This document shows positions 62,720-64,000 of a stretch of 64,000 nt of DNA, piece by piece; position 1 is the first letter of the stretch, and every line of letters begins with the position of its first letter. Position numbers and translations under genes: made by a program. Below the pieces are notes generated by a model. That model did no database searches. It saw nothing but the letters and a program-made list of their open reading frames with translations, and was not told the origin of the DNA. This DNA is from Mobula birostris (taxonomy: Eukaryota), in the NCBI RefSeq assembly GCF_030028105.1, contig NC_092397.1, positions 24,500,630-24,564,629 of the forward strand, in the 5' to 3' direction.

Positions 62720-63715
62720 ACATTTAGAGCAGAGGGGATGCCAGACAAAATACTAGATTGCTCTTCTTGCTGGATGTGGGAAGAAATGGAGACATCCAGT
62801 GTCCCTGATGACTACTCTTGCAAGAAGGCATACAGCTGAAACTTTTATCAGGCCGTGCTGAGGAGTTGGAGATTGAACTGGATGAAATCTGGATCCCTCG
62901 AGAGACTGAGGTGTTGATAGGCAGCACAAGGTGTGGGATAATTGTCAGGAGGGGGAGAGTGGGGGGGGGAAGAGGGAGCAGGGTTGAGCTGTAGTGAGGG
63001 GGATTCATTGATTAGGGGAACAGAAAGGGGTTTCTGTGAATGTGAACAAGGTTCCCAGATGGTTATTGCCTCCTGGGTGCCAGGATCAGAGAGACATCTC
63101 AGATTCATTTCACAGCATTCCTAACTGGGAGTGTGAGCAGCCTGAGGTTCTGATTCACTTATTTACCAATGACGTGGACAGGGTGACTGTCCACGTCCTG
63201 CAAAGTGAGTTCAGGGAGTTAGGTACTAAGTTAAAGGACAAGATCCCCCAGGGTTGTGATTTTCAGGATTACTACCTGTGCTACATGCTAGTGAGGTCAG
63301 AAATAGGAAGATCATCCAGTTCAAGGAGGCTCAGGAGTTGCTGCAGGAGGGAGGGCTTCAGCTTTTTGGATCACTGGGCTCTCTGCAAGGAAAGGTGGAA
63401 CTACAGAAGCATCGGTTTGCACCTGAACTGGAGGGCACTAATATCCCAGTGGGAAGGTTTGCCAGGGGTTATGGTTTGAACTAGAGGGGCAGGGGGATGG
63501 GAACCAGAGCACCAGAACAGATAGTGGAATTAGTATGGGAAAAGATATTCTTCACCTCACAAAGTCAGGAATCAAAAGGTTGATCAAGGTAGGGCTTATG
63601 TTCTGAGCTGCATATAATTTGGATGTGAGGATTATTGTAGGAAAGGCAGAGAAGGTCAGGACCTAGATCAGCTTGTGGAGTTATGACATTGTAGCCATTA
63701 GTGAGACTTGTACGG
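62720..63715 (+). mobile_element. CR1 ORF1 (zinc-finger/esterase-like) remnant and start of ORF2
   Basis: GDSLIRGTERGFC, QPEVLIHLFTND, FSFLDHW and YDIVAISET motifs. Confidence 0.75.
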
Positions 63716-63789
63716 TACATAGCAGGTATAGACAGGCAGAGACAAATTGGGTACTTGAATTTAATGGGGTGAAAAGAAAACATGAGGTG

Positions 63790-64000
63790 AGAAACATAGA
63801 AAACCTTCAGCACAATACAGGCCCTTCAGCCCACAAAGCTCTGCCAAACATGTCCTTACCTTAGAAATTACTGAGGGTTACCCATAGCCCTCTATTTTTC
63901 TAAGCTCCATGTACCTATCCAGGAGTCTCTTAAAAGGCCCTATCGTATCCGCCTCCACCACCGTCGCCAGCAGCCCGTTCCACGTACTCACCACTCTCTG
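63790..64000 (-). mobile_element. CR1 3' end running off the window
   Basis: Same terminus as 13167-13380. Confidence 0.85.

Overview
This is eukaryotic, repeat-rich vertebrate DNA. The CR1, Rex1/Babar and Penelope repeat families present suggest a cartilaginous fish, probably a ray (inference). No bacterial or CRISPR features were found. Host genes: three intact replication-dependent histone genes on the + strand (H4, H2B, H2A), each with a TATA box, 3' stem-loop and HDE, plus four full-length tRNA genes (Asp-GTC, iMet-CAT, Asn-GTT, Gly-CCC) and three tRNA relics. The tRNAs lie in an old inverted duplication (about 4.4-7.6 kb vs 11.35-16.2 kb) in which each gene survives in only one arm. The rest is mostly layered TE debris: CR1 LINEs of many ages, Rex1/Babar-like and I/Nimb-like LINEs, an RT-deleted L1/Tx1-type LINE carrying a nested solo LTR and a hAT element, a full-length Tc1 element, a decayed retroviral env, and many Penelope-derived repeats with minimal hammerhead-ribozyme motifs. 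The main unexplained signals are: (i) paralogous CpG-rich promoter/first-exon modules (TGATTGACAG, GC box, E-box, CRE, RFX X-box, splice donor) followed by antisense-biased TE tracts; (ii) a tRNA-iMet head fused to a Penelope tail with an intact ribozyme motif; (iii) a Gly-TCC-type tRNA body carrying a CCC anticodon. TE boundaries were read by eye and are approximate unless a TSD is given.
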